Below are positions 50,984 through 59,795 of a stretch of DNA of 64,000 nucleotides, piece after piece. The DNA lies in assembly GCA_963737655.1 (NCBI GenBank), contig CAVTTN010000002.1, positions 160,001-224,000 on the forward strand, written 5' to 3'. This DNA comes from an uncultured Planctomycetota bacterium. GTDB taxonomy: Bacteria; Planctomycetota; Planctomycetia; Isosphaerales; Isosphaeraceae. The stretch's first letter is position 1; each line of letters opens with the position of its first letter. The translations under genes and the position numbers were made by a program. The notes under the pieces are model-generated. The model saw only the letters and a program-made list of their open reading frames with translations, did no database searches and had not been told where the DNA came from.

Positions 50984-50990
50984 GCCGACC

Positions 50991-51854
50991 TTGGACCGCA
51001 TCGCCCCTTCCGTCGCGGCCCAGCGGGCCGTCCCGGTCGTCGAGAACGCCGCGATCGCCCGGGACACGTTCCGGCTCCGGCTGGCCGATCCGGCGATGGC
51101 CCGGCAGATCCTCCCCGGGCAGTTCGTGATGATCCGCCCCTCGGCCGGGACCGACCCTCTGCTGGCCCGGCCGTTCGCCCTGTTCGACGTCGTCCGCTCC
51201 CCCTCGGGCGAGCCCGAAGCCTTCGAGGTCGTCTACCTCGTGATCGGCCGGGGAACGGCGGCGCTCTCGAAGGCGAAGCCGGGCGACCTGCTGACCGTCT
51301 GGGGACCGCTGGGCCACGGGTTCGGCCCCTCGCCCCACGGCCCGGCGGTCTTCGTGGCCGGAGGGATCGGCCAGACGCCGTTCCTCGCCCTGGCGAAGTG
51401 GTGGACCGGACGCGCCGAATATGGCCTGGAATCGGGGATCGCGGGCGCTCGGGCCTCCTCGACCACCCTGCTCTACGGGGTCCGCTCGGCCGACCTGCTC
51501 GCCGGGGTCGAGTTGTTCGAACAGGCGGGGGTCGAGGTCGAGCTTTGCACGGATGACGGCTCGGCCGGGCGCCGGGGGTTCGTCACGTCGGCGTTGATCG
51601 ATCGATTGGCCCGAGGGGAACGACCGGCGAAGGTCGTCGGCTGCGGCCCTCCGCCGATGCTCTCGGCGTTGTCGAGGATCGTCGAGGAACACGGCCTCGA
51701 TGCCGACCTTTCGCTCGAAAACCACATGGCCTGCGGGTTCGGGGCCTGCTTCAGCTGCGTGGCGCCGATCCGTCAAGACGACGGATCGGTCGACCTGAGA
51801 CGGGTTTGCGTCGAAGGGCCGATTTTCCCGGCGAGGACCGTGGTTTGGGAGTAG
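50991..51854 (+). CDS. pyrK: Dihydroorotate dehydrogenase electron transfer subunit-like protein (FAD, [2Fe-2S])
   Basis: PGQFVM, LARPF, GPLGHGF, AGGIGQTP, CGPPPML, MACGFGACFSC..RVCVEGPIF. Confidence 0.88.
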   Translation: MDRIAPSVAAQRAVPVVENAAIARDTFRLRLADPAMARQILPGQFVMIRPSAGTDPLLARPFALFDVVRSPSGEPEAFEVVYLVIGRGTAALSKAKPGDLLTVWGPLGHGFGPSPHGPAVFVAGGIGQTPFLALAKWWTGRAEYGLESGIAGARASSTTLLYGVRSADLLAGVELFEQAGVEVELCTDDGSAGRRGFVTSALIDRLARGERPAKVVGCGPPPMLSALSRIVEEHGLDADLSLENHMACGFGACFSCVAPIRQDDGSVDLRRVCVEGPIFPARTVVWE

Positions 51855-51930
51855 GGTGCATGCGATGCACCGTCTTCGATTCCTTCCCGCGTCGAACGGA
51901 ATCGAAGATGGTGCATTGCATGCACCCTAC
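51851..51930. repeat. GTAG-type REP doublet (family B)
   Basis: GTAGGGTGCATGCGATGCACCGTCTTCGATTCC, N14, then GGAATCGAAGATGGTGCATTGCATGCACCCTAC. Confidence 0.88.
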
Positions 51931-51943
51931 ACGCGGGTGCATT

Positions 51944-52651
51944 TCATTCACCCGACGGGTTTTCATAGGGACCACCCTCGGGGAGGAACGGTTCGAGGGG
52001 GCAATCCGCGCACTTCGCCACCGACGCCCGGCAATGCGTCTTGCCCAGCCCCTCGAACATCGCCGAGAGGGCCGCCAGGGCCGGGGCGTCGCCCGGTTCG
52101 AGCGATTCGAGGACCGATCGGGCCTCCTCGTACTCGGCCGAGGCGTCGAGCCAGCCGTGACGGACCAGGATGCGGTAGGAGGCCCGATCGACCGGGTAGA
52201 CCGGCCGGTTCAGGCCGATCAGCAGGAGCGAATCGACGGTCGCCGGGCCGAGGCCCGGGATGGCCAGCAACGCCTCCCGAAGCGCCTCGGTGGAGGTTCG
52301 TTCGAGGGCCTCGACCCCTCCGGACTCGACGACGACCCGGGCGAGCCTCTGGATCGGCTTGAGGACCTTGGGCGAGAGGCCGGAGGTCGGGCCTCGAATC
52401 CCCCGGGTGGCCTCGACCAGCTCGGTCAGGTCGGCCTCGGCGAGGGCCTCGGGCGAGTCGAGCCCGCTGGAGGCCAGGGCCTGGACGACCTTCGCGGCCT
52501 GGTTCGGGGCGAAGCTCGCCGAGAGCAACCCGGTCAGGATCGCGAGGAAGGCGTCTCCGGGGCGATCGGCGACCGAGGAACGCTCCGGCCCCCCGAGCCG
52601 GTCGGCCAGGGGGGCGCGAAACTCGCCGTAGGCATCCCGGAGCGAGGGCAT
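51944..52651 (-). CDS. Endonuclease III-like HhH-GPD family protein
   Basis: LLAIPGLGPATVDSLLL..PVD..RILVRHG; HCRASVAKCADCP. Confidence 0.85.
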   Translation of the reverse strand: MPSLRDAYGEFRAPLADRLGGPERSSVADRPGDAFLAILTGLLSASFAPNQAAKVVQALASSGLDSPEALAEADLTELVEATRGIRGPTSGLSPKVLKPIQRLARVVVESGGVEALERTSTEALREALLAIPGLGPATVDSLLLIGLNRPVYPVDRASYRILVRHGWLDASAEYEEARSVLESLEPGDAPALAALSAMFEGLGKTHCRASVAKCADCPLEPFLPEGGPYENPSGE

Positions 52652-52655
52652 GGGG

Positions 52656-52934
52656 TCAGGCGCCGGCCTTGGCCAGGGCGGCGCGGTACTCCCGGACCAG
52701 CTTGCTCTTGCGGCGGGCGGCGGTGTTCGGGTGGAGGATCCGGCGGGCCCCGGCCTTGTCGATCTTGGCCGTGGTGATGCGGAAGTCGGCCTCGGCCTTC
52801 TCGCGCTCGCCCGAGGAGGCGTTGGCGAGCGTCCTCTTGGTCATCGTCTTGATGATCTTCTTGACGATCCGGTTGTGCATCCGGCGCTTCTGGCTCTGCT
52901 TCAGGCGCTTGATCGCGGAGGGCGTGTTGGGCAT
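52656..52934 (-). CDS. rpsT: 30S ribosomal protein S20
   Basis: MPNTPSAIKRLKQSQKRR..N..IDKAGARRILHPNTAARRKSKL. Confidence 0.96.
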   Translation of the reverse strand: MPNTPSAIKRLKQSQKRRMHNRIVKKIIKTMTKRTLANASSGEREKAEADFRITTAKIDKAGARRILHPNTAARRKSKLVREYRAALAKAGA

Positions 52935-53032
52935 CGCTGGGTCCGGTGACTCGGAACGAAACGTTTCGGATCGAATTCGGCGGTCCCGCCGAGGGCCGAA
53001 AGGGCCCTTCTCGGCGGAAAGCGGCGAGTGTA

Positions 53033-54451
53033 TCAGGAACCGCCCCGACTGTTCAAGTCCTGGAGTCTCTGGGCGACGTCTTTGTACGTGTAATCCTCGG
53101 CCGCGACCTCGTTGTAATAGTCCTCGGCTTCCTTGAGCTTGCCCTGGGCCTCGCAGACCCGGCCCAGTCGGTAGCGGACCTGGTTCTGGAAGGCCATGTC
53201 GCCGGAGTCGGCCAGGGCGAGGGCCTCGACGAAGTTCTTCTCGGCGAGCTTGGCCAGCCCCTTGGCCTCGAACGACTCGCCGGCCAGGTGGAGGGCCTGG
53301 GCCTTGAGCTCGGGGTTGGATCGGGCCTTCTGGAACGCGGCGATGGCGTCGTCGTGCTTGCCGATCGAGGCCAGCATCCGGCCGTACTGGATCTGGAGGT
53401 TGGCGTCTTCGGGATGGGCCTCGGCCCTCCACCGCGCCTCGGCCATCTCGTAGGCCGAGAGCTTGGTTTGGATGGCGGCGATCTTCTCCGAGGCGGCGGG
53501 GTCGTCGGGGTTGTCGCGGAGCTTCTTGGTCCAGGAGTCCAGGGCCCGGCGGAGGCGGGCGATCTGGATATCGCCGTGGGCCGACTTGAGCACGGGGTCC
53601 TCGGGGATGGCCTTGCGGCCCTGGGCGAGGACCTTCTCGGCGTCGTCCAGGCGGTTGTGGGCCTTGTGGATGTCGGCGAGCTGGAGGTACAGGCCGACCC
53701 GGCTCGGATCGGCCTCGATCTCCTTGACCAGCCGTTCCTCGGGGGTCTGGATCTTCCTCTTCATGTCCTCCATCTCGGCCTCGGCCGCCGAGCGATCCGG
53801 GCCGGAGGTGCCGGCGTCGTCCTTGTGCTTGTCGATCGCGGCGCCCAGGCCCGATCGGCTGATGGTGGCGCTGGCCGAGAGCGAGTTGATCTTGCGGCGG
53901 GCTTCCTCGTTGTTGGGCTCGAACTCCTTGACCTTCTCCCAGCAGCTGGTGGCCTTGCCCCAGTCCTCGTTGATCTCGTAGACGTGGGCCATGTACTTGA
54001 AGAACCCGGCGTCCTTGCCGACCTGATGGACGACCATCTCCAGGAGCCATCGCGACAGGGGCTTGAGGGCCAGGTGCTCGGCGGCCTCGGCGGCGTCCTG
54101 GGCGGCGCCGACGTCCCAGGGATTGTGCTTGAAGACGTCCTCGCACCCTTCCAGGACGTCCACCCACTTCCCCTTGGCCTTGGAGAGGCGGATGCCGGCC
54201 TTGATCGGCTGGACCCTCGCCCCGGCGAGCCGGCCGACCTTCGAGGGCTCGTTGCCGAAGGCCCGCCTCTGCACGCCCCGGAGGGCCTGGCGGTAGAGCA
54301 GGTTGCCCGGGTCGAGCTTCAGGGCGTTGCGGTACATGTCGATGGCATAGTCGAGGTTGTTCTTCAAGGCCGCGTCGTTGCCGTAATCGAAGAACGACCG
54401 GGCCTTCTTCTCCCTCATGTTGTGCTCGGCAGACTCGGACATCGACGCCAT
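53033..54451 (-). CDS. TPR repeat protein
   Basis: Multiple TPR motifs; C-terminal YRLGRVCE..AEDYY.EVAAEDYTYKDV..RL. Confidence 0.88.
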   Translation of the reverse strand: MASMSESAEHNMREKKARSFFDYGNDAALKNNLDYAIDMYRNALKLDPGNLLYRQALRGVQRRAFGNEPSKVGRLAGARVQPIKAGIRLSKAKGKWVDVLEGCEDVFKHNPWDVGAAQDAAEAAEHLALKPLSRWLLEMVVHQVGKDAGFFKYMAHVYEINEDWGKATSCWEKVKEFEPNNEEARRKINSLSASATISRSGLGAAIDKHKDDAGTSGPDRSAAEAEMEDMKRKIQTPEERLVKEIEADPSRVGLYLQLADIHKAHNRLDDAEKVLAQGRKAIPEDPVLKSAHGDIQIARLRRALDSWTKKLRDNPDDPAASEKIAAIQTKLSAYEMAEARWRAEAHPEDANLQIQYGRMLASIGKHDDAIAAFQKARSNPELKAQALHLAGESFEAKGLAKLAEKNFVEALALADSGDMAFQNQVRYRLGRVCEAQGKLKEAEDYYNEVAAEDYTYKDVAQRLQDLNSRGGS

Positions 54452-54672
54452 CCCCCCGCTTCGGAGACCGAGGCCGAGGGCCTCGCCGCCAGGGCCGCGA
54501 CGACCCATCTCCCCGACCCCGTCCCGGGGCCGGACGCCGCGGCCGACTTTCCCCCACATTCGATCCCGTTCTTTTAGTATAACCAACGACGCCTCGCCAC
54601 CCTCCAGCCCGGCCCGGCCTGGAGACCGAATTTGCTCCGGCGCGCGCCCCGGCCCCCGAGGACCTCCCGCCC

Positions 54673-55557
54673 ATGACCGCCCCCGTGCTGAAGGACCAGG
54701 GGCTTTCCGGCCTGATCGCCGGACCCTTGCGCACCGTCGCCTCCGGCCTGGAATTCACCGAAGGCCCCCTGGGTTTCGCCGACGGCTCGTTCCTCTTCCA
54801 GGACATCAAGGCCGAGAAGACCTACCGAGTCGGCCCCGACGGCTCCGTCTCCGTCCTCCGCGAGAAGACCGGCGCCGCCAACGGCCAGACCTTCGACGCC
54901 TCCGGCCGGATCATCTTTTGCGAACAGAACGGCCGGCGAGTCTCCCGGATGAACCCCGACGGGTCGGACGTCTCCGCCGTCGTCGAGGCCTTCGACCTGC
55001 GGCGGCTGAACAGCCCGAACGACATCGTGTGCCGGTCCGACGGCCGGGTCTACTTCACCGATCCGCCCTACGGCGTGCCCTCGCCCGAGGCCAAGGAGCT
55101 GCCGTTCCAGGCGGTCTTCACCCTCGACCCGGGCGATTCGCCGAGGCCGCTGGTCGAGGACTTCGAGAAGCCCAACGGCCTGGCCTTCTCGCCCGACGAA
55201 TCGATCCTTTACGTCTGCGACACCGCCCGATACCACATCCGGGCCTTCCGGGTCGAGCCCGACGGCCAGCTCGACCCGGCATCCGACCACGTCTTCGCGG
55301 CGATGGAGCCCGATTCGCCCGGGGGGCCTGACGGGATGAAGGTGGATCGCGACGGCCGGCTTTACGTGGCCGTCGCCCAGGGCGTCTGGGTCTACGAGCC
55401 CGACGGCCAGTTCCTCGGAATCCTCGCCACCCCGAAGCGGCCGGCCAACCTCGCCTGGTGCGGGACCGAGGCGGACGAGCTGGTCATCACGATGGGCAAC
55501 ACGGTCCTCCAGATCAAGATGAACGTCCGGGGCGTGATCCCGCCGTTCCGCGTATAA
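54673..55557 (+). CDS. SMP-30/gluconolactonase family protein
   Basis: FTEGP, ANG, LNSPND, YFTDPPYG, PNGLAFSPD, PDGMKVD. Confidence 0.93.
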   Translation: MTAPVLKDQGLSGLIAGPLRTVASGLEFTEGPLGFADGSFLFQDIKAEKTYRVGPDGSVSVLREKTGAANGQTFDASGRIIFCEQNGRRVSRMNPDGSDVSAVVEAFDLRRLNSPNDIVCRSDGRVYFTDPPYGVPSPEAKELPFQAVFTLDPGDSPRPLVEDFEKPNGLAFSPDESILYVCDTARYHIRAFRVEPDGQLDPASDHVFAAMEPDSPGGPDGMKVDRDGRLYVAVAQGVWVYEPDGQFLGILATPKRPANLAWCGTEADELVITMGNTVLQIKMNVRGVIPPFRV

Positions 55558-55558
55558 C

Positions 55559-55585
55559 GGGCGGGACGTCCCCGACGTTCCGCCC
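55559..55585. terminator. GC-rich hairpin between convergent genes
   Basis: GGGCGGGACGTC-CCC-GACGTTCCGCCC; no U-tract. Confidence 0.35.
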
Positions 55586-55593
55586 CTCCGGGT

Positions 55594-57165
55594 TCAGGCC
55601 CCCGGGACGCCGAGCCTCCGGCAGGCCTCGTCGTAGCCGTCGGCGGTCCGGCCGAACTCGCTGGCGGTGACCCGGGCCAGGGCCACGAGCTGCCTCCAGC
55701 GGAACGCGGGCCGGGCGTTGGCGAACTCGTCCGAGGTGGTTCGATAGTATTTCTCGGCGTGGAGGGCGCCGTCCTCGCTCACGGCGAACGTCCTCATCAG
55801 GTCGAAGACCGGGCGGGAATCGCCCCCTTCGGCGCCGATCCGGGCCACCAGGGCGGCCGCCCTGGCCTGGTCGTTCCCCCGGATGGCGGCCTCCGCCTCG
55901 GGGAGGAGCTTCGCCGATTCGACCGTTCGGACGCCCTCGACCTCCTCGGGCCGGGGCCGAGGCGTCCAGTCGAGGAAATCGCCCCCTCGCTGGACCCGGT
56001 CGAGCGCGACCTGGTAGGCGCCCAGGATCAGGCAGGCCCTGGCGTTGCGGTCGTTGGCGACCCTCGCCAGGTTCCTCCAGGCATTGGCCGAGTCGCAGGC
56101 GTGGACGCCGATCGAATCGCCGTGGACGCTCCCCTCGGGCTTGCCCGGCTGGACCTCGGGCTTCCTCCGGCCGGAATCCCGGAGGATCAGTTGATTGGCG
56201 GCCAGGGCGATGGCCTCGCCCACCGAATCCGGCGAGAACCCTTCGGCCAGGGCGTCGGCGGCGGCCTCGGCGGCCGTCTCGGGCGAGCCCTCGAAGATCG
56301 CCCGCGAGAGGTGATCGACCCAGCCATCCTCGGCCGGTCGGGCGTCCCGGGCGAGCCGCATCTTGCGTTCGAGGAGCCGGGGGAGCAGGGCGCGAACCCT
56401 CTGGGTCTCGTCCTTCGGCATGTTCCGCTCGGAAGAGACGCAGAACCGGACCGACTGGCGGAGCAGGGTCTGGGCGTTCTCCGTCCCGACCAGGCCGACG
56501 AGGTCCCAGGCCCGATACGGCAGGACGACCCGATGGACGTCGGCATGATCTTCCACGGCCACGAGCAGCTCGTTGAAGGCGTCCTGCGCCCCGGCCCGGG
56601 AGATCGCGGCGAACGTGGCCTCGGCGCCGGCCACGTCCTTCTTGCGGATCGCCTCGCGGAGTGCCTCGCCAGGCGAGACGTCCTTGGGCAGATTCGCCAC
56701 GGGCTCGACGGCGCGGAGCGTCTCCTTCGACGGGCCGAACGCCTGGAGCCGTGCGGTGTTGCGATACAGGACCTTCAGGACCGGCAGGGCCCGGCGATCC
56801 CCCGACGATTCCCCGGCCATGAACAGGGCCGGCGTCAGCGCCATCAGCGTGTGAAAGCCGACGTAATCCTCGCCGCCGAACGCCCGGGCGTTGGCCAGGG
56901 CCCCGGCCGCCACCAGGTCGCGGAGCGGCGTCCCGGAGCGGATCTTCTCGACCAGGACGGGGATCAACCGATCGGCCGGCGTGTCGCGGAGGAGCCCGAC
57001 CAGGGGCTCGCGATCGCCGAACCGCAACGGGCCGGGATCGTCGCCTGCCCCGGCGTTCGCGGGGGCCAGGCCGAGCCCCACGGCCGCCTCCAGCCCCACC
57101 CCGGCGATCAGGACCCCCCGGCCGACGTCCCCCAGGAACTCCCTCCGGCTTCGTCCGTCGCGCAT
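55594..57165 (-). CDS. Helical hypothetical protein with Tat-like signal and repeated acidic-His motifs
   Basis: SRREFL N-terminus; EDYVGFH, EDHADVH, GDSIGVH, EDGALH. Confidence 0.78.
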   Translation of the reverse strand: MRDGRSRREFLGDVGRGVLIAGVGLEAAVGLGLAPANAGAGDDPGPLRFGDREPLVGLLRDTPADRLIPVLVEKIRSGTPLRDLVAAGALANARAFGGEDYVGFHTLMALTPALFMAGESSGDRRALPVLKVLYRNTARLQAFGPSKETLRAVEPVANLPKDVSPGEALREAIRKKDVAGAEATFAAISRAGAQDAFNELLVAVEDHADVHRVVLPYRAWDLVGLVGTENAQTLLRQSVRFCVSSERNMPKDETQRVRALLPRLLERKMRLARDARPAEDGWVDHLSRAIFEGSPETAAEAAADALAEGFSPDSVGEAIALAANQLILRDSGRRKPEVQPGKPEGSVHGDSIGVHACDSANAWRNLARVANDRNARACLILGAYQVALDRVQRGGDFLDWTPRPRPEEVEGVRTVESAKLLPEAEAAIRGNDQARAAALVARIGAEGGDSRPVFDLMRTFAVSEDGALHAEKYYRTTSDEFANARPAFRWRQLVALARVTASEFGRTADGYDEACRRLGVPGA

Positions 57166-57305
57166 GATCCACCCCCGATCGAGTCGAAGCGTCGCGAGGG
57201 CGGAGAGGGCCCTCGCCGCCCCGACCATACCCGGGTCGGGCGGATCGTGAAAGGCTCGCGCGCATGGAATCGACGGATTCGTCGATGGATGACCGAGGCG
57301 GAGGG

Positions 57306-57953
57306 CTATTTCGGCCCGCTCGTCCCCTTGGGCGATTCGGCGGGATCGGCCTTGGCCTTCGGGTCGGCCTTGGCCTTCGGGTCGGCCTTGGCCTTCGCGG
57401 CGGTCTTGGCCTTCGCCTTCGTCTTCGGCAGGGGGACCGGCCCGCTGACGAGCTTCAGGGACGCCGAATTGATGCAGAAGCGGAGGCCCGTCGGCGGAGG
57501 GCCGTCGGAGAAGACGTGGCCGAGGTGGGCGTCGCAGGCGCTGCACATGACCTCGACCCGGAGCTCGGCCTCGCTGAAGTCGTTGGCCGTGACGATCCGG
57601 TTCGCGGCGATCGGGGCGTAGAAGCTGGGCCAGCCGGTGCCGGACTCGAACTTGGTCCGGGCGTCGAACACCTCATTGCCGCAGCAGACGCAGGCGAATT
57701 TGCCCTTGCCGTGGTAGGCGGCATACTTGCCCGTCCCGGCCGGCTCGGTCGCCTTGCGGCGGGTCACGAGGAACTGGTCCCGGGTCAGGACCTTGGCCCA
57801 TTCGGCCTCGGATTTCTCGACCCTCTTGGGCCGGCCGTCCTCGGCGGCGGCCCCGCCCCCCTGGGTGGCGGCCTGATCGAAGGCCACGACGGTTCCGACG
57901 GTCGCGAAGACCATCAGCGCGACGATTCCCGAACGGACGAACGGCCGAGACAT
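57306..57953 (-). CDS. msrB: Peptide-methionine (R)-S-oxide reductase with signal peptide
   Basis: CVCC, KFESGTGWPSF, CSACDAHLGHVFSDGPPPTGLRFCINSASL; GGAGG RBS. Confidence 0.95.
   Translation of the reverse strand: MSRPFVRSGIVALMVFATVGTVVAFDQAATQGGGAAAEDGRPKRVEKSEAEWAKVLTRDQFLVTRRKATEPAGTGKYAAYHGKGKFACVCCGNEVFDARTKFESGTGWPSFYAPIAANRIVTANDFSEAELRVEVMCSACDAHLGHVFSDGPPPTGLRFCINSASLKLVSGPVPLPKTKAKAKTAAKAKADPKAKADPKAKADPAESPKGTSGPK
57341..57424 (-). repeat. 18-bp coding tandem repeat (KAKADP)n in the msrB tail
   Basis: TTCGGGTCGGCCTTGGCC units and degenerate copies. Confidence 0.8.
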
Positions 57954-58436
57954 GGCGAGACCTCCGGCGGGCCCGAGTCTGGGTAATCTGCACGACGCCA
58001 CGATTGTATACGATCCCCCCCGTTCCTCGAACCCCGGAGTCCCGGAATGTCTCGATTCGAGCGATCCCGGGCGGAATCGTCGGTCCCCCGATCGAGGGAC
58101 GCCCACGCCGCACGACCCCACTCCTCGGATCATCGCGAGCGAGGCCCCCGGCGATCACCCCATTTCTCGGCCGCGGATCTTCCGTGAACCAATTCATAAT
58201 ACACTGATTACTTAATATCAATAATCGCGGATAAAGCCCGGTGACCCGGAGGTCCGCGCCTGGTTGCGATTTTCGGGGCGAACAGCCCGCGAGGCGATCC
58301 GCCGCATCCCTCTATTCGGAAAAGACTTGCAATTTTTGAATGGAATTCTGTCGACATGATGTTCCCTCCGCGCGCACGGGTCGTTGCGCACCCGAAAACC
58401 CTATAATTTCAGCCCTTTTCGCGCGATTCCCGGAAA

Positions 58437-58475
58437 AAGTGTAGTCAAGTTCGCTCGAAGTGTCGTCAAGTTCGC
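58437..58475. repeat. Direct repeat pair with 21-bp period
   Basis: AAGTGTAGTCAAGTTCGC at 58437 and AAGTGTCGTCAAGTTCGC at 58458. Confidence 0.75.
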
Positions 58476-58562
58476 GAACATCCAGGACGGCGCATTTTCC
58501 ATTCTTGTTTTATTTGAACTATTCTACATTAACAGGTGTTTTGCCCTTTGCGGGCGCGAAGG

Positions 58563-58886
58563 AGGCGAATAATCCATCCATGACTCCACGCAATCGTGAT
58601 GACGGTTCCCACAAGTTGCATGTTCAATGATCCATAAAATCATTGCCGTCTCGCACGCTCCGCGTGCCTGCGGACGCCGACGAACGAAGAGGACGCGGAG
58701 CGTCGAAGACGGCATTCCCACGCCGAGCGTGGGAACGAGTCGTCGAGCAAGTACCAACCCGGGATTATGAGCCATACGTGCTTTGTGCTTTAGAGACTCG
58801 AAGCAGGCGTGCAATCCATGCATGATTTCGCACAATCGTGATGACGGGCGGCACGCGATTGCATGCTCAATGCTCTATAAATGATT
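58563..58886. repeat. Two ~82-bp imperfect direct repeats (58563-58644, 58805-58886)
   Basis: Shared AGGCG, AATCCAT.CATGA, CAATCGTGATGACGG and TTGCATG.TCAATG.TC.ATAAA at an offset of 242 bp. Confidence 0.8.
58644..58739. repeat. Truncated REP doublet, family C
   Basis: Minus strand CTCGTTCCCACGCTCGGCGTGGGAATGC plus inner arms TGCCGTCT..ACGCTCCGCGT / ACGCGGAGCGT..AGACGGCA; the left terminal REP is missing. Confidence 0.75.
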
Positions 58887-58892
58887 AACCAA

Positions 58893-59795
58893 TTATGTTC
58901 CCACGGAGATCATGCGATCGGTGAGCGGGTTCCCCAGGAGGTCGGTCGGGAGCGAGGCGGGGGAGTCGGGCAGACGTAGGAAATATGCGTAGTTCTCCGT
59001 GGTGAGCGGGGAGGTCGGCGAGAGGGTCACGGTCCGGGTCGCCGGGTCGTAGACGGCCGTCTCGAGGGTCACCGGATGCTCGGAGAGGTCGATGCCGCCG
59101 TCGGGCCGACCGGTGACCTCGTAGGTGCCGAGGGCCTCGACGCTCGCCGGGTCCATCGGCTGGCTGAACGTCAGCGAGATGCCCCGGGGCGAGAGGCCCG
59201 TCGCGACGACCTCCGGAGGGACCTGGTCCGCACTGGGCTCGATCTCCAGGGAGCTGGCCCCCAGCCACGCGAAGGCGTGCGATCGAGGCAGGTAGGCGAT
59301 CACCTGGAGCAGGATCTTCCCGGTCGGGACGAAATTCGGGTTCAGGCGGACCGGGACCGTCAGGCTCGTCTGTCCCGGCGCGAACCGATAGGTGCCGTCG
59401 ATCGGCACGATCGGCAGCGCCGAGGGGTCCGGCCCGGTCGTGCGGAGGCTGCGGGACACGACCCGCTGGCCGGCCGATTCCGACACGGAGACGATGGGTC
59501 CGAGGACCCGGCGGTCATAGGGCGGAGGCCCGCCGGCCGCCGAGCTCGGGGATTCATCGAAGACGGCCAAGCTCTGAACCTTGAAGGTCAGCGCCCCGAG
59601 CGACCCGGCCGGCGAGCGGGTCACGGTGAAGTCCACCTCGCCCGTCTGCGGCGAGGCGTAGTGCCGGGCGAGCCCGGACTGGAGGCCTATCGGAGGCACG
59701 GCCGGTCGGCTCGAAACACTCAAGAGCGTCCGGCCTTCCAGGGGTTCGGCCCCGGGACTCGTGACGCGACCGTTCCTGGGGGCGGAGCTGGTCAT
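58893..59795 (-). CDS. LEPR-xLL-type surface protein (Calx-beta-like plus Ig-like)
   Basis: EPLEGRTLLS; FTVTRS..FAPGQTSLTVPV; LTFSQPMDP..YDPATRTVTLSP. Confidence 0.72.
   Translation of the reverse strand: MTSSAPRNGRVTSPGAEPLEGRTLLSVSSRPAVPPIGLQSGLARHYASPQTGEVDFTVTRSPAGSLGALTFKVQSLAVFDESPSSAAGGPPPYDRRVLGPIVSVSESAGQRVVSRSLRTTGPDPSALPIVPIDGTYRFAPGQTSLTVPVRLNPNFVPTGKILLQVIAYLPRSHAFAWLGASSLEIEPSADQVPPEVVATGLSPRGISLTFSQPMDPASVEALGTYEVTGRPDGGIDLSEHPVTLETAVYDPATRTVTLSPTSPLTTENYAYFLRLPDSPASLPTDLLGNPLTDRMISVGT

Noticed and set aside
52951..53020. rpsT leader RNA (hairpin and CGAAACGTTTCG palindrome)
   Set aside because: A single GC hairpin without comparative support; it could simply be the terminator of the TPR gene.
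58524..58835. 103-aa ORF and other small ORFs across REP elements (e.g. 40969-41196, 47948-48226, 51751-51975)
   Set aside because: These are translations of palindromic repeats (WHAYVFV, LVPTLGVGMP) with no coding signal.
57954..58892. Chromosomal replication origin
   Set aside because: No cluster of consensus DnaA boxes and no dnaA, dnaN or rep gene nearby.
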